Shown piece by piece: positions 26,339-40,747 of a stretch of DNA of 64,000 nt. Within the stretch, counting starts at the first letter, position 1, and the number at the start of each line of letters is the position of its first letter. Origin of the DNA: the human T2T-CHM13v2.0 reference genome, Homo sapiens; assembly GCF_009914755.1 (NCBI RefSeq), contig NC_060936.1; one strand, given 5' to 3'. The translations under genes and the position numbers were made by a program. The notes beneath the pieces are model-generated. The model saw nothing but the letters and a program-made list of their open reading frames with translations, searched no databases and was not told where the DNA came from.

Positions 26339-28269
26339 GAGGTTCGATTAGGTCCTTATATCTTAATCGCTTATATCTTCTATGGTTACATATACACTTT
26401 AGTAAACGTCATTTCTTTTTCCTTTTAATGTTGTCTATTTACATGTGACACTTGCTATTCCCTTATTTATTTTACAATAAATAAATTATTAAGCTATTCA
26501 AACTTATTTTCTGTATTTTATATTGTTGCACCTATTCTTATTCCTATTTATCTTAAACTTATTAGTAACCTATTTCAAAGGAAAGTAAATGGAAAATAGC
26601 ATTCACTTATTTGAATAACAAATGGAGCAATGAAGAATTCCAGGTATAATAACATTATGGATATTCAGTTTTTGGAAAAACATTAATGTATAAGAATTCA
26701 AGTTGTGGCAAAATTTAAGGTTACATTCTCAGTAAACCACAGAGATAGATAGAGAAGTGGAATCCAGTGATGTGACTAATTTAGTTTCTATGGCTTCCAT
26801 ATGCCCACTTGTTATACGAATATTTAAAATCTGTGTTGATTTTTCAAAGTCAAAAAACCTTAGATGATGCTTTAATGAATCTTGTATCATGGGAAGAGAA
26901 GGGAGGAAATTTTCAAATGCCAGCACAAACAAACATGAATGCTATCATTGTTTATAGAGGAGGGAATCACATTCTTTTATGCTCTCAGTATTCTATTAGT
27001 AAATAATCAATGTAAGTCACTCTCTCCCTGGAATATAATTAAAAGCCTGCTACCAAAATACAAGAGTGTTTTATGTATGGATATAGAAATACGTATTCTC
27101 TTAGGAATAAGTGATCCTCTTTCCCGTTTTCCCTACCCCAATAAAAGAGTCTTAATCTGAGGTTATGTGCACTGGTATATTCCTGTGAGAAATGACATTT
27201 TAATGCATAGGATCCTAAAGAGTTTTTCTATGTTAGCTTGAAACAGGTGCAATTAATTTGTGATCCTTTCAATTATCTTGCCCTAAATGCATGCATTTAA
27301 CTGGAGTATCAGTGTAGTGTGGAGCAGGAAAATTGTAGCTTCTTGAAATCTCTGTTGTATTCAGATAGCTGGTGTAGATTCATTAGGAAAATTAAGAAAA
27401 CCAGACAGGCAATTTTCCAAAACATATTCTGTCATTTGAGGTGAGTTGACTGCCCTCCTTTTCCCTGCCACTTCACTGCACTAGTGAGGGTGGTTTCATA
27501 TGATGCAGCACAGTTCCCTTTTAAGATGACAGGGTAGAAAATCTCTAGGGGACTTGGACTGCCAAAGCCCTCAAGACCTCTTCAACATGTCCAATAAACA
27601 CACAGATCAGTGAACCAAGAGATAATAGATAGAAGTCTCCAGCAAAAACAGACCATTGTAGATTCCATGGTGGGATCTTAAAAGGACAGAAATATTGTAG
27701 TGACTAATTCAATAATTTGCTTCATCATGTACTTCAGAACAAATGCAATTAAAAAAACTGAAAAATTTTAAGAAATAGATATTTTTGGAGTGTTCAGGAA
27801 GGCTTTTTTTGAATTTCCCTTTGTTTGGGAAATATAAGTTTAATTAACTTTTTTTTTTCCATGAAATAACTCCAAGGGAAAAATAGAAACATAAGTAGTA
27901 GCTGTCAATGTGCCTGGGATCCCTTTGCTTCATACACATGTTCAGGGCCTGTCTTTCTCTGTTTCTCCCACTTCCTCAACTTCTTTTACATAAATTGTAC
28001 ACGGTAGATGGGAGAGGTGTTTCTTTTCATTTGTAACATATATATTCTTTTGTTAATTCCTGGTCTAGTTTAATTTATTTATCAAATATTCTATTAATTT
28101 GCTCATTTCGCTATTATCTTAGTTCTAGAGTCCTTATATTCAAAATATTATAGTTCAACTCCCTGGGGAAACAAAGACCTAAAGAGGAAGGATATTTCAA
28201 TATCACATCACTGATAATGGAGATTCTAGGACTAGATCCCAAGGTTTGCTTCCATGATGAGAGGTTTGA

Positions 28270-28720
28270 ATAACTGGGTTCAGGGTCCAGGTCTGTCTTT
28301 TCACCTCTCAATGTCTTAGTTCTGCATTTATAAAATAAGGTGTGGTGGCTCACACCTGTAATTCCAGCACTTTGGGAGGCCGAGGTGGACGGATCATGAG
28401 GTCAGGAGTTTGAGACCAGCCTGGCCAACATAGTGAAACCCTGTCTCTACTAAAAATATAAAAATTAGACAGGCATGGTGGCGCGTGCCTGAAGTCCCAC
28501 CTACTCGGAGGCTGAGTCAGGAGAATCGCTTGAACCTGGGAGGTGGAGGTTGTGGTGAGCCAAGATCATAACACTGCACTCCAGCCTGGGCAACAGAGCA
28601 AGACTCTGTCTCAAAAATAAAATAAAATAAAATAAAATAAACAAATAAATAAGGATGGTACCAGCTGTTTTGCATACTCACAAAAAATGTAGAGAATAAG
28701 ATATGATGATGTATGTGACA
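28270..28720 (+). mobile_element. MIR SINE split by an Alu
   Basis: CTGGGTTCAGGGTCCAGGTCTG...CACCTCTCAATGTCTTAGTTCTGCATTTATAAAATAAGG| resumes after the Alu as ATGGTACC...GATGATGTATGTGACAGTATT. Confidence 0.55.
28341..28646 (+). mobile_element. Alu (AluS, Sg/Sx-like) with (TAAAA)n tail
   Basis: Dimeric Alu missing its first few bases; TSD AAATAAGG at 28333-28340 and 28647-28654. Confidence 0.95.
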
Positions 28721-29206
28721 GTATTGAGTAATGGTAAGTGGTGGTCAGGTGTTTGCAATATTTAAAAATAAAAAGTGATACAATCATAGTACCTGGACAG
28801 CCCTGCTTTCCTGAAGGCTGCTGCCCCGAGTTGAATAACTTCAAGGAATTTTCTATGGTAGAGTCTGGTAATCTCAAATTATAAAACAGATTTTTCAAGC
28901 AAAATGGACAAAAGTAGATCTGTTTCTCATTGGCAAACTCTTATTACTTAGTCTCAGTGGCAAAGTTAAAGTTTTTCAGCTTAGAAAGGGAACTCTTAAT
29001 GTCATCTAATTTGGAACACCTACATTAGTAATACTGGCATATTCCTCCTGTAGGTAAAACCATAGAGGAAGTGAAATTACAATCCCAGGCTTTCCTAGCA
29101 GTCATGGAGTCAGAGTTATGGGAGTCAGTTAAATGAATCAAATGTTTGGTGCTATCAGGGATGCATAGTTTTTTGGCTCCATTTCCATGAATGTCAAACA
29201 ATATAA

Positions 29207-29345
29207 ATTTATTAATCAGTTACTGTGTGTCAGTCATTGTACTAAGTACTTTGGAAGAATTATCTTATGGAATACTTACAGCCATCCTTGGCAGAGAACA
29301 ACTTTATTATACCTATTTGGCAGAAAAGGAAGCAAGGCTTAGGAA
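29207..29345 (-). mobile_element. MIR SINE
   Basis: ATTTATTAATCAGTTACTGTGTGTCAGTCATTGTACTAAGTACTTT...TTGGCAGAAAAGGAAGCAAGGCTTAG is the antisense MIR core. Confidence 0.65.
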
Positions 29346-29349
29346 GACT

Positions 29350-29830
29350 GGCTGTCTATCACAACTCCAGTCATATTTCCCATGCCTCCCCTGCATGTTT
29401 GCTGGCCTCCAACCACTCTGCACTTCTACCAGTTCTTCGAACACCTCAGCATCCTCTCACTTCTAAGCCCTTTCACTCACTATTGTCTCTGCTAGGAATG
29501 CCCTTCTCACGGAGGTTCTCATAGCTATCCCCTTTGCTTTCCAGTGTTGACTTCATAACCACTCATGGGGATTTTCCTAGCTCATATTTAAGATTTCCAA
29601 TATAGCCCCACCTAACATTTTATATACCCCAAACCTACGTTATTCTTTTCTTACTTACTAGTAGCAAACATGCTAGATAATTCACTTACATGTGATTTTA
29701 TTGGGTATATCTCCTATTAGAAAAAAAGCTTCACGAGGATTTTTATCTGTTTTGTACACTACTGTATCCCCAATAGACCCTACCTGACTCTGTGAATGCT
29801 CAATAAATATTTATTGAGTGATTGAATGAA
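29350..29830 (+). mobile_element. L2 3' end
   Basis: Ends in the canonical GCTCAATAAATATTTATTGAGTGATTGAATGAA. Confidence 0.75.
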
Positions 29831-30834
29831 ACCACGGCCCAAAGGGATAGCTTGAGTGGGGAAACCATCCAGGCCATTAAACATTATTTATTCCTTCTGT
29901 GAGCAGTAGAAAGGGCCAGTATTACTGACATTGCTGCTGTGATCTTCCTCAGGCTATGAACCTTCCATTACTGACTACCCCCCAATTAATGGATTTTTTT
30001 CTTTCACTTTCAGTCTTCTCTTGTAATTTGAGAAACAGCCTTTAACAGTACTGTTTTACAGGAAGTTCTAACATGAGAAGATAACTTAATTAAGGCAAAT
30101 AACACAGTAAAATTGCTTAAAAGAGGAGGAAAATTTTCATATGAAATCATGAAAAAAATTGGATTTTTACATTTTGAAATTGACAATAAATTTATTTCAT
30201 CTTATATTTAATAAAATATCTCATAATTGTCATTAAGTTCTGTCTTTTCAAAGAATAATGAATTAAATGCTATTTTCTATAAAAATGTATGATAATGGTA
30301 TGACATAATGGAATTCTTTACTTTATTTGGACTTTGTCAATGTGACTGTAAGAGATTCATTTTTATAAAAGTATTTGAGGTTAATTTATTTTTTTCAAGG
30401 TCTTGTCTTGATCTTTTAATGTCTTAATACTTTCCATTTAGAATGTTTTGTGTTATTATCCCCGTTGACTTCATCTTTTTCTCTTTATCACTTTTAATTT
30501 ATCTAACTGCTGTATCTTCATCTCCGATACCATGTTCAAACATTTCATGAAATCCTTCGTTTATTTTTATTGTATTACTGTGTATTAATAGATGCTGGGC
30601 AGAATCAACCAGAGACTGAGTGCTGAAGGTAGAGGTTAGACAGATAAGATAATAGCAGAGTTAAAGAGGGAGGGAGGTGTTAAATATATTAGTAAAAAAA
30701 GTTAAGATTTTTTTTCTATGCAACTTCAAAGCATAGAATCAGTTGCTGAATGTTCTAAAAATACAATTCCTCTAGTGATGTCTTGTAAAATTTTTAAAGG
30801 GCAATTCACTTTTGCTCTTATTTTATCCAAGAGT

Positions 30835-30990
30835 GATTATCATGTATTAAGCTGCTATTATGTGCCAGGTGCTATGCTAGCAGTTATATGTGTACATTAC
30901 TCTCCGTGATAATTTAGTAATCAGAAAACTGAATCTCAATACTCAGCTACCAAATGATAGACATTCTCTCAAATGCCCCCACAAGCTCCT
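30835..30990 (-). mobile_element. MIR fragment
   Basis: TATTAAGCTGCTATTATGTGCCAGGTGCTATGCTAG motif. Confidence 0.5.
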
Positions 30991-31249
30991 AGCTCTTCCA
31001 ACACAGGGTTAATAGATGAGGCTACTGATAGTTGTTTTTTTTCTTCTTCTGTTGTTATTTTATTATTAATTTTTTTTGGAAGAGCTCTGTATAGAAGGCT
31101 GCTCCACCAAATCATTTTTCTCATTAGTTTGCTGAAAATTCCCTTATTAAAGGTTCATTTCCCCAGATTTATGACTTTAAAATTTCAACTGTCCCCTGCT
31201 TTATGCCAAAGACCAGTTTTTAACAGCCGAGTATAATAAAATAGCAACG

Positions 31250-31410
31250 GATTTGACCCTTGAAACCTTGCTTTCAAGTATGAGTTATTTAACCTCTCAG
31301 TCTACTTCTTCATAAACTGAGGAGAAGAAATTCATCAGAAGACTTTCAATGAAACTCAGAGGGAAAAAAAAGTGTGTAAAACTGACATGGCAAGAATATG
31401 TAAGTCATTA
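31250..31410 (+). mobile_element. MIR fragment
   Basis: GAGTTATTTAACCTCTCAGTCTACTTCTTCATAAA core-like motif. Confidence 0.4.
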
Positions 31411-31554
31411 TGTGACAATCTAGACAAAACATCTTAACCTGCAAATGGAAATCTACTTGAAAATCATATAGCCTAGTCTACCTACCTGGTAAAGATTGCC
31501 TGCTCATTGACTGGCAAGTTGAAGAAGGTTAAAATAATATAAATAGTAACCTGA

Positions 31555-31800
31555 ATTGGGGTGTTGTACCTGCAAGCAACAGATAACTGCAAACTCAAAC
31601 TTTTTTTTTTTTTTTTTGGAAAAAGGGGACATTTGTTATTCTATATAATAATAATTAAGATGGGCAGAGCATTCCAGGAATCGGCTTCTACTTCACATTG
31701 GTCCTGGGGACTAACCTTTTCTATTTTAGGCATCATGCTCTGGTCTGGGAGCAAGATGGCCACACAAATTCCAGCAATCACACTTGGCCACCAACATCAG
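31555..31800 (-). mobile_element. old MLT1-type LTR fragment
   Basis: TGCAAGCAACAGATAAC and GCAAGATGGCCACACAAATTCCAGCAATCACA motifs. Confidence 0.4.
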
Positions 31801-32686
31801 GCAGGCATGTTCTTGCCTCAGGGCTTTTGTAACTGCTATTCCTACTGCCAGAGATAGCCTTTCCTTGTGGCTAATTTCCCCATGATAGTCACGTCTCTGT
31901 CCAAAACTTACTCCACTGACAAATGTAAGTTTTATTTTGTGCACATAGGTACTTTTTGGCACACTAAAGATTATTCAGACATTTAGTCAATTTAAAAAAA
32001 AATAGTCAATTTACTAAAGTTATTGCTTTTATAAAATCACATTCTTAAAAAGTTTGACTTATATACTTTATGATTCTATTTATAAGACTAGTAATTATAA
32101 TGATTACCTTTAAGGAAACTTTGGTTAATATTTGTTCCCTTCAATAATCTTAGTTATGTTCCATTAAATATTTAAGGTGTATTTACAAATTTGATACATT
32201 TAATTTGCTCCTCAAGTACTATGTTTGTTTATCTCAAATGAAAAACATTCCCAAAGTAAAGCGATAATTTTTATAAACATGTTGAGGTTTACATGTTAAA
32301 CAAGTCAGAGAGTAGAGCTGTCTAATAGATTACATTCTCTTTAACATTACTTGTATTACCAAGTACTTGTATTACCAAATATTCATAGATTTTTAAATAT
32401 AAATCGTTAACAGTATGGGTTTTATGTTCTTGTTCCAAATATTCCTAAAGTTAATTATAAATTTATTGAGGGTTTAGAGATGACTATGCAATAAGGAAAT
32501 AATTATATAATATTACACAATCTTCAGGAATACCTTTCCAAGTAAGTTTTAAGGGTGCTTTCTCAGCTTGGAAGCCTGAAGTAACCGAAATTTAATAAAA
32601 CCTGTTCACAGCCCAGAGTTCATGAGGCAGAGGAAAATGTGTTCATGTATGTCACACCTTGTTTTTGAGTAATATCAACATTAATT

Positions 32687-32988
<302 letters not shown>

Positions 32989-33299
32989 AATATTAATTTT
33001 TAAGTGAAATTAAAATATCACTTAAAACCCACATAGAAATGGCTGTATTCGTTGAGTGAGTTTTCTTTTTGTCTGCTACATGATATATGAACATACCTTT
33101 GCTATATAAATATGAAGATCACAGGACATTAGACAATCCTACATTCTTTCCATATATTCTTGTCTCTTAGGGTTGCACAGCAATTATAGGTATTAAAATA
33201 ATATCCATTTGTGTTCTAGTCCCACCACCCTCCAACTTTTTTGTCACAACTTCTATGTCCACTTAATATGCAGGGCTTTGCTGATCACATATATTGATA

Positions 33300-33546
33300 C
33301 AGGGTCTTTTTCCCACATTCCTTTTTATCACTTTTCCTGGCTTTAGTTTTCTTCATGACCCTTTTAATGGCCTGAGATATTATTTATTGACTTCTTTATG
33401 TTTGTTGTATTTGTTTCGTTCCTCTAAAATATGAGCCCTAGGAAGTAGAGTGACTTGGATTTCCTCCTGTATCTCCAATTCCTTGAAGAGTGCCTGGCAC
33501 ATAGGGGTCAATCAAAAATAATTGTTGAAAAGATGGAAGAATGAAA
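33300..33546 (+). mobile_element. L2 3' end
   Basis: AGAGTGCCTGGCACATAGGGGTCAATCAAAAATAATTGTTGAA terminus. Confidence 0.7.
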
Positions 33547-35460
33547 GAGGTCAGATGTGCTTCCCATGCCTATTCATAAACTAATGTATCGGTAGAGGGA
33601 ATCAGACTGCCACGACTATCTTAGGTTGACATGTATTCTGGAGCTGGAGATGATTTCAATTCCCCGTTATGTGAGTGCAATGGCGGGTCCCCAAACACAA
33701 TCATGATTCTGTAGGTGAATAACCAAGAATGGTCTTAAGTGATTCTAATAACCAGATTTGGGGAGGAAGAAAAAGGAAACAGAGTTTGTTTTAGGGTGAC
33801 AAACAGACATACACATGAGTTGGAGGAAAAGATTTCTCCCCCTAAAAGTATTGGCATATCCCAGACAGCCTCACAGAAGAAACCACATGACTGATTTTAC
33901 CATGCCCTCTGTACTAGAGAATGTAGTTAAGGTGTCTCTTAGTCCAATCTCATAGCTCACATCACAGAGATAAAAAAAGACTAAAACCTTAATTACTTTT
34001 ACTTGAAATGTAGAAGGAAACCATTCTTATTTTATGTACTGGTTGTTTCACTAGATTTTTTTCTTAGATAAACTATAATAAAGAATATAATTTTCTATTG
34101 ATAACTCTTCTTTAATGGAATCTTTAATAGCTTAAATACTATAAGGTATAAAGCACTCCATCTCACTTTCAAAGACATTGGTAATTCTATATTGAATAAA
34201 AGGTTACTAAGTAATGTAACTGATCCAACTGGCTAATAGAGAACATTAACTGCCTCAAAATCCCTGCAAGAATCAGATAGAAACTATATTAGCCAACACA
34301 ATATCCATGTCATACTGGCCTTGCAAGCAGTTGCTTGAGTTAGCTGTTCAGTATAGAACACTGGCCTGGGTAGTTTTACTATATTCTCGCTTTAATCAAC
34401 AGCACCTAAATGCATAAAACTCCTCTGTTGTAAGTCAACTCATCTATCCGTCTCACACAGTTATTAATTCTTAGATTAATAACAACATTGATACAATTAT
34501 TATCCCTTAATTATGCAATTAGAAAGATGCCATATAGTTCAGACAGGAGACAAACAACAAAGGGGAATTGAATTAAAAAGACTAATTCGTTGACTTTCTC
34601 ATTACAATACTTGAAAAGAGACAAAAATTTATGTTGATCTACACATTGTCTCTGAAAACAGATGTATATGAAAATGGACTTTCATGGTAAGAGTTAAAGA
34701 AAACATACAGTTCTGATTTCAAAAGGAACCTTAAAAAATAAAGTAACTTTGTGTTCTTTTGATAATTCAGGAAGCTTTATCCCAGATGGTTTAAAGTATT
34801 TACATACAGTCACATAAGGAAGGGCCTGAACGAGAAGTATGATTTTGACTTCTAATCTAGTGCTCCTGCCTCCCTAATATGCTTGGTAAAAATCCATGGT
34901 AAAAATAAAATCTAACTGAAAAATAGATACATATGTGGATACCTCTCCCAGTAAAGAGCTTTCCTTCACTTCGGCTAAGTGTAAATTATGGTAACATATT
35001 AATTCAACAAATATTTATTGAATGATGCCATGAGTACTACTCAGCATCATGAATAGAATAACTATTCAAAAAGACAAAAATTTCTCTTGTTCCCCACAAA
35101 TGTGTGTGTGCTTTATTTGAAACAGCACATATACTCCTATCATGTGATAACTACATATTTACCAAGAAGATATGTAGAAAACAATAACTATCAATGCAGC
35201 TATTACTGAGTAACAATTAGATATTCATTATTTACATGACCATAGAAGAGATTGCAAAAGAGTTTAATTACTTCCTAGTAAGATATGAACCCCTTAGATT
35301 AGACAGTTATTTTGTATACCTAAATACAAGGAATTAAAGGAAAGATAGATTTTATTACCTTTTCAGAGTGAAAGGACTGTAGTGACTAAGAGATCTCATT
35401 TATTCAGCTTCACTGGGAAGTAGTAGCTTCCATATATTTGAATTTCCTAGATCAGGAGAT

Positions 35461-35640
35461 CCATTCACTCATTAATTTGACAAATATTTGTGGAGCACTT
35501 CCTATTTGCCAAGTCCTATTCTAAGGACAGAGATAAAGGAGAACACAAGACAGTTTTGCCCTGTGAAGTTATGCACTTAACAGATAAACAGATACATAGA
35601 TGTGATCAGGACAAGTGCTGTGAAGAAAATTAATGGTGGT
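35461..35640 (-). mobile_element. L2 3' end (host of the L1PA insertion)
   Basis: CATTCACTCATTAATTTGACAAATATTTGTGGAGCACTTCCTATTTGCCAAG...AAGTGCTGTGAAGAAAAT. Confidence 0.7.
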
Positions 35641-35658
35641 AAGAATTTAGGGAGAGCC

Positions 35659-37417
<1,759 letters not shown>

Positions 37418-37959
37418 AAGAATTTAGGGAGAGCCTGAGATAGGCACTATTTCAAACAGTTTGGTCATATTTGATTCTTCTCAGAATCAAAACACACTTT
37501 TTCATGAGTACTTTACAAAAATATTGCAAATACATAGAAATACTTTGTAAGAATTGGTCCAATATGAATGCTTCAAAAACATAGGTAATTTTAGTGTTAA
37601 TCTGCAATGAGAATGCAATTTAATGATAACCATTTAAATATATCAATAAAATAAAATGTATATGTTGCAAACAGAATATTCTATCTGAAAAAAAAAAGAA
37701 ATATTCATATCTTCTTACCTCAAGACCATACTCCTAAAATCCTAACAATGTTTTTTATTGCTCCAGAAGTTGAACATGGCCTAAAACACTTTTCTTGGTC
37801 TAGTCCTTGGCTAACAGTCAAGTATCATACTTTCACATGCTCTCCCCTTTGTGCTTTCTATGTCTATTAAATATTGTTTGGGAGAGATGTTACAGATTAT
37901 TAAAAATTGGAGGAAGAAAACATGCAGTGTACATTCTCGTGAAAAAGTGATAGAAAATA

Positions 37960-38570
37960 AGCATGTTATCAAATTCATAAACACGATTACTACAGATCGT
38001 TGTGATGAAGGTGTTATAGAGAAAAATTGGTTTGGTTGGCCAAGGTGTGAGCAGGTACCTGGAGAAGTAATAGAAGACCAGGAGGGAAGGAAGGGCAATA
38101 TGTAACTATCCTTGGATAGCTTAATTAAAGAAGGAAAGGACGTTTATTGCCCAGACTCATGGAGAAGATAATTCAGGTATAAATAACACAGAGTGCAAAG
38201 TCTCTGAGTCAAAAATGTTTATTATTTTACACAAACAGAACTGAGGCCAGTGTTGCTTGATCTTAGGAACTCAGTTGATTTTATGAGGGCATTTGAAAGA
38301 AGCAGGTAGGAGCCAGATGGTAAAGGACCTTGTGGGCCATGATAAAAATCTTCAGAATATATTCAGAGTGCAATGGGAGCTATGGAAATATTTTAAGCAG
38401 GGGAATGAGGTCTTCCAATTCACATTTTAACACATTTTCACTGGCTCCTATGTAGAGAACGGATTTTGAGAAATAAGGATGGAACACAGAGGAACCACTG
38501 GCAGCTTATAAGATGTGTAAGATTGTAAGAATCCAGCTGAGAGATGGTGTAGACTTGACATAACACACAG
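37960..38570 (-). mobile_element. L2 fragment
   Basis: GAGTGCAATGGGAGCTATGGAAATATTTTAAGCAGGGGAATGA...CACTGGCTCCTATGTAGAGAACGGATT are antisense L2 motifs. Confidence 0.75.
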
Positions 38571-39008
38571 CTGCAAAGACACAGAATTTATGTCAGCACA
38601 AAAGCTTGTGACCTGCTCATGGAGACCCTTTCATCCAAGCCCTAAACAGATATTGATCGAAAAGCAGAACTACAAAAGGAAAGTCAGATCTTTCTTTTCA
38701 TCTGTGACAGTTGTATTGACAAATTTTGTCTATTTGCAACTGTGTGTTGTGTCAAAAATCTATGTTTTAAAGATTGCTAATGAGAAATCAATGATGCTAA
38801 ACAGTTCCTTCTGTCAATAAAAAACACAAACATTCACAAATAGTCAAGATGTGTTCGTGTTAGAGTCAACAATATTCTGAATATATTAAACTCTGTATAC
38901 CCATAATTGCATGGCAGATATAAGAAACTAACAATTGATGGGTTCTCATTATCAAAAATTGAATGACTTCAGATTTATATCGAAAAAAAAAAAAAGCCCT
39001 GTAAATCC

Positions 39009-39803
39009 TGTAGTGTATCATGCAGATCCCCCACTTCAGAATGAGGCAGTCATTTGTTCATTTGCTGGAAATGTTCCTAAACAAGGACTTACAAGTCAGT
39101 TCTTCTCCAGAACTTCCCCTAGGCCGAAGTGAGGTACCTTGTCTAAGGTCCTGTTTCTTCCCTGGGGAGACCATATGCAATGACTTGTCTATGTAAGAGT
39201 TTAGACCTTGGTACCTTCTTGCTTCAACTTAGGATCCTGAAGGGCCCTCCTCTCTTGAACTCTGTTGTATTGGCCAAGGTCTTAACGCAATTGGATCACA
39301 ATTTCTCTTCTGACCAATCCTTTCCTTAATCCATCCAGGCATTTTTATAAAGAACACTCCCTGATATGGTTTTGCTCTGTGTCCCCACTCAAATCTCATC
39401 TTGAATTGTAATCCCTACGTGTTGAGGGAGAGGTCTGTAATAACCATGTGTCAAGGCAGAGTGGTGATTAGATCACGGGAGTGGTTTCCCCCATGCTGTC
39501 CTCCTGACAGTTAGTGAGTTCTCACAAGATCTGATGGTTTTACAAGGCAGTTTTCCCTGCTCTTGCTCGCTCTTCTCTATCACTCCTGCTGCCATGTAGG
39601 ACATGCTTCTTCCCCTTCCTCCCTGAGGTCTCCCCAGCCTTTCGGAACTGTGAGTCAATTAAATCTCTTTTCTTTATAAATTACCCCGTCTCAGGTATTT
39701 TTTTTTACAGCAGTATGACAACAGAATAATACACTTCCCAAGAAACTACCTCTGTGTAAATATTCAGTTCAGAGTCTATTTTCCATGGAAGCAGACCTAA
39801 GAT
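39009..39803 (+). mobile_element. LTR16A-like ERVL solo LTR interrupted by a THE1/MST LTR
   Basis: Starts TGTAGTGTATCATGCAGATCCCCCACTTCAGAATGAGG and ends TCAGAGTCTATTTTCCATGGAAGCAGACCTAAGA. Confidence 0.6.
39362..39733 (+). mobile_element. THE1 (THE1D-like) MaLR solo LTR
   Basis: TGATATGGTTTTGCTCTGTGTCCCCACTCAAATCTCATCTTGAATTGTAAT ... GAATAATACA; 5-bp TSD CTCCC/CTTCC (one mismatch). Confidence 0.9.
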
Positions 39804-40541
39804 TGAAAATAAGCATAAACTTATCTCAAATTAGTTGTGAGAAGCAAAAATCGCTTCTGGGTCCTCAAGATAATCTAAGTGATTTTTCAGAAAATTACTT
39901 TCTTCTTCACACATAATTTGAATTAAATTGGACATTTTGAGCTACTGAGACATTCTACTTAAACTATGGAATTAGTATTTTAAGTACATGTTAAGACATT
40001 AATTATTTGTTTAAAAGTTTGATGAAATGTGATGTTTGGCTGTCCTTTATCAAATTAGTAACTCATTTAAATTTTGACCCATATTAGAAAATTTGTAATT
40101 ACACTTTGTATAAAACCTGACAATGGCTTGCAAAAACTTTTCTGGTTGCAAGTATTTCTAGGAAGAAAGAGGTTGAGAGATTTTCTGCCAGTGCTTAGTG
40201 TATTGTGTGGTCTCTGTCTGCTGCCAGAAATTGCAGTGCCTACAGACCTTGTACTCTGGTTGGGTAATTTTTTGCAAAGCATTTTAGTTCACTGTCTGTA
40301 GTTGGAGTCAGTGGCAAATTGGGAGAAGAGTTGTTGGAGATTTAGAGACCTCCCGACATTTTTTATTAGTCTTGCTCATACATGAGAATACAATCAAAGT
40401 AAATATCTTTTATTTGCTATTTAAGACGGCTTCAACTGGCACCCATTATCCCCTCTTCCACTTTCCTGTTTTCTGTACAGAAATTATTGAGTTACCACTG
40501 ATCACCATCACTCAGGAAGGCAATAAGCCATGTCATTTTCT

Positions 40542-40747
40542 TTTTTTTTTTTTTATTATACGTTATGTTTTAGGGTACATGTGCACAACGTGCAGGTTTG
40601 TTACATATGTATACATGTGCCATGTTGGTGTGCTGCACCCATTAACTCGTCATTTAACATTAGGTGTATCTCCTAATGCTATCCCTCCCTCCTCCCCCTA
40701 CCCCACAACAGGCCCCGGTGTGTGATGTTCCCCTTCCTGTGTCCATG
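40542..40747 (-). mobile_element. 5'-truncated L1PA (L1PA4-like) 3' UTR
   Basis: Poly-T then GGGTACATGTGCACAACGTGCAGGTTTGTTAC...; TSD CCATGTCATTTTCT at 40528-40541 and 40752-40765. Confidence 0.95.

Noticed and set aside
32348-32378. Tandem duplication TACTTGTATTACCAA x2 (similar small duplications near 9466, 15940, 45372, 59484 and 61739)
   Set aside because: Ordinary replication-slippage micro-duplications with no shared unit or periodicity.
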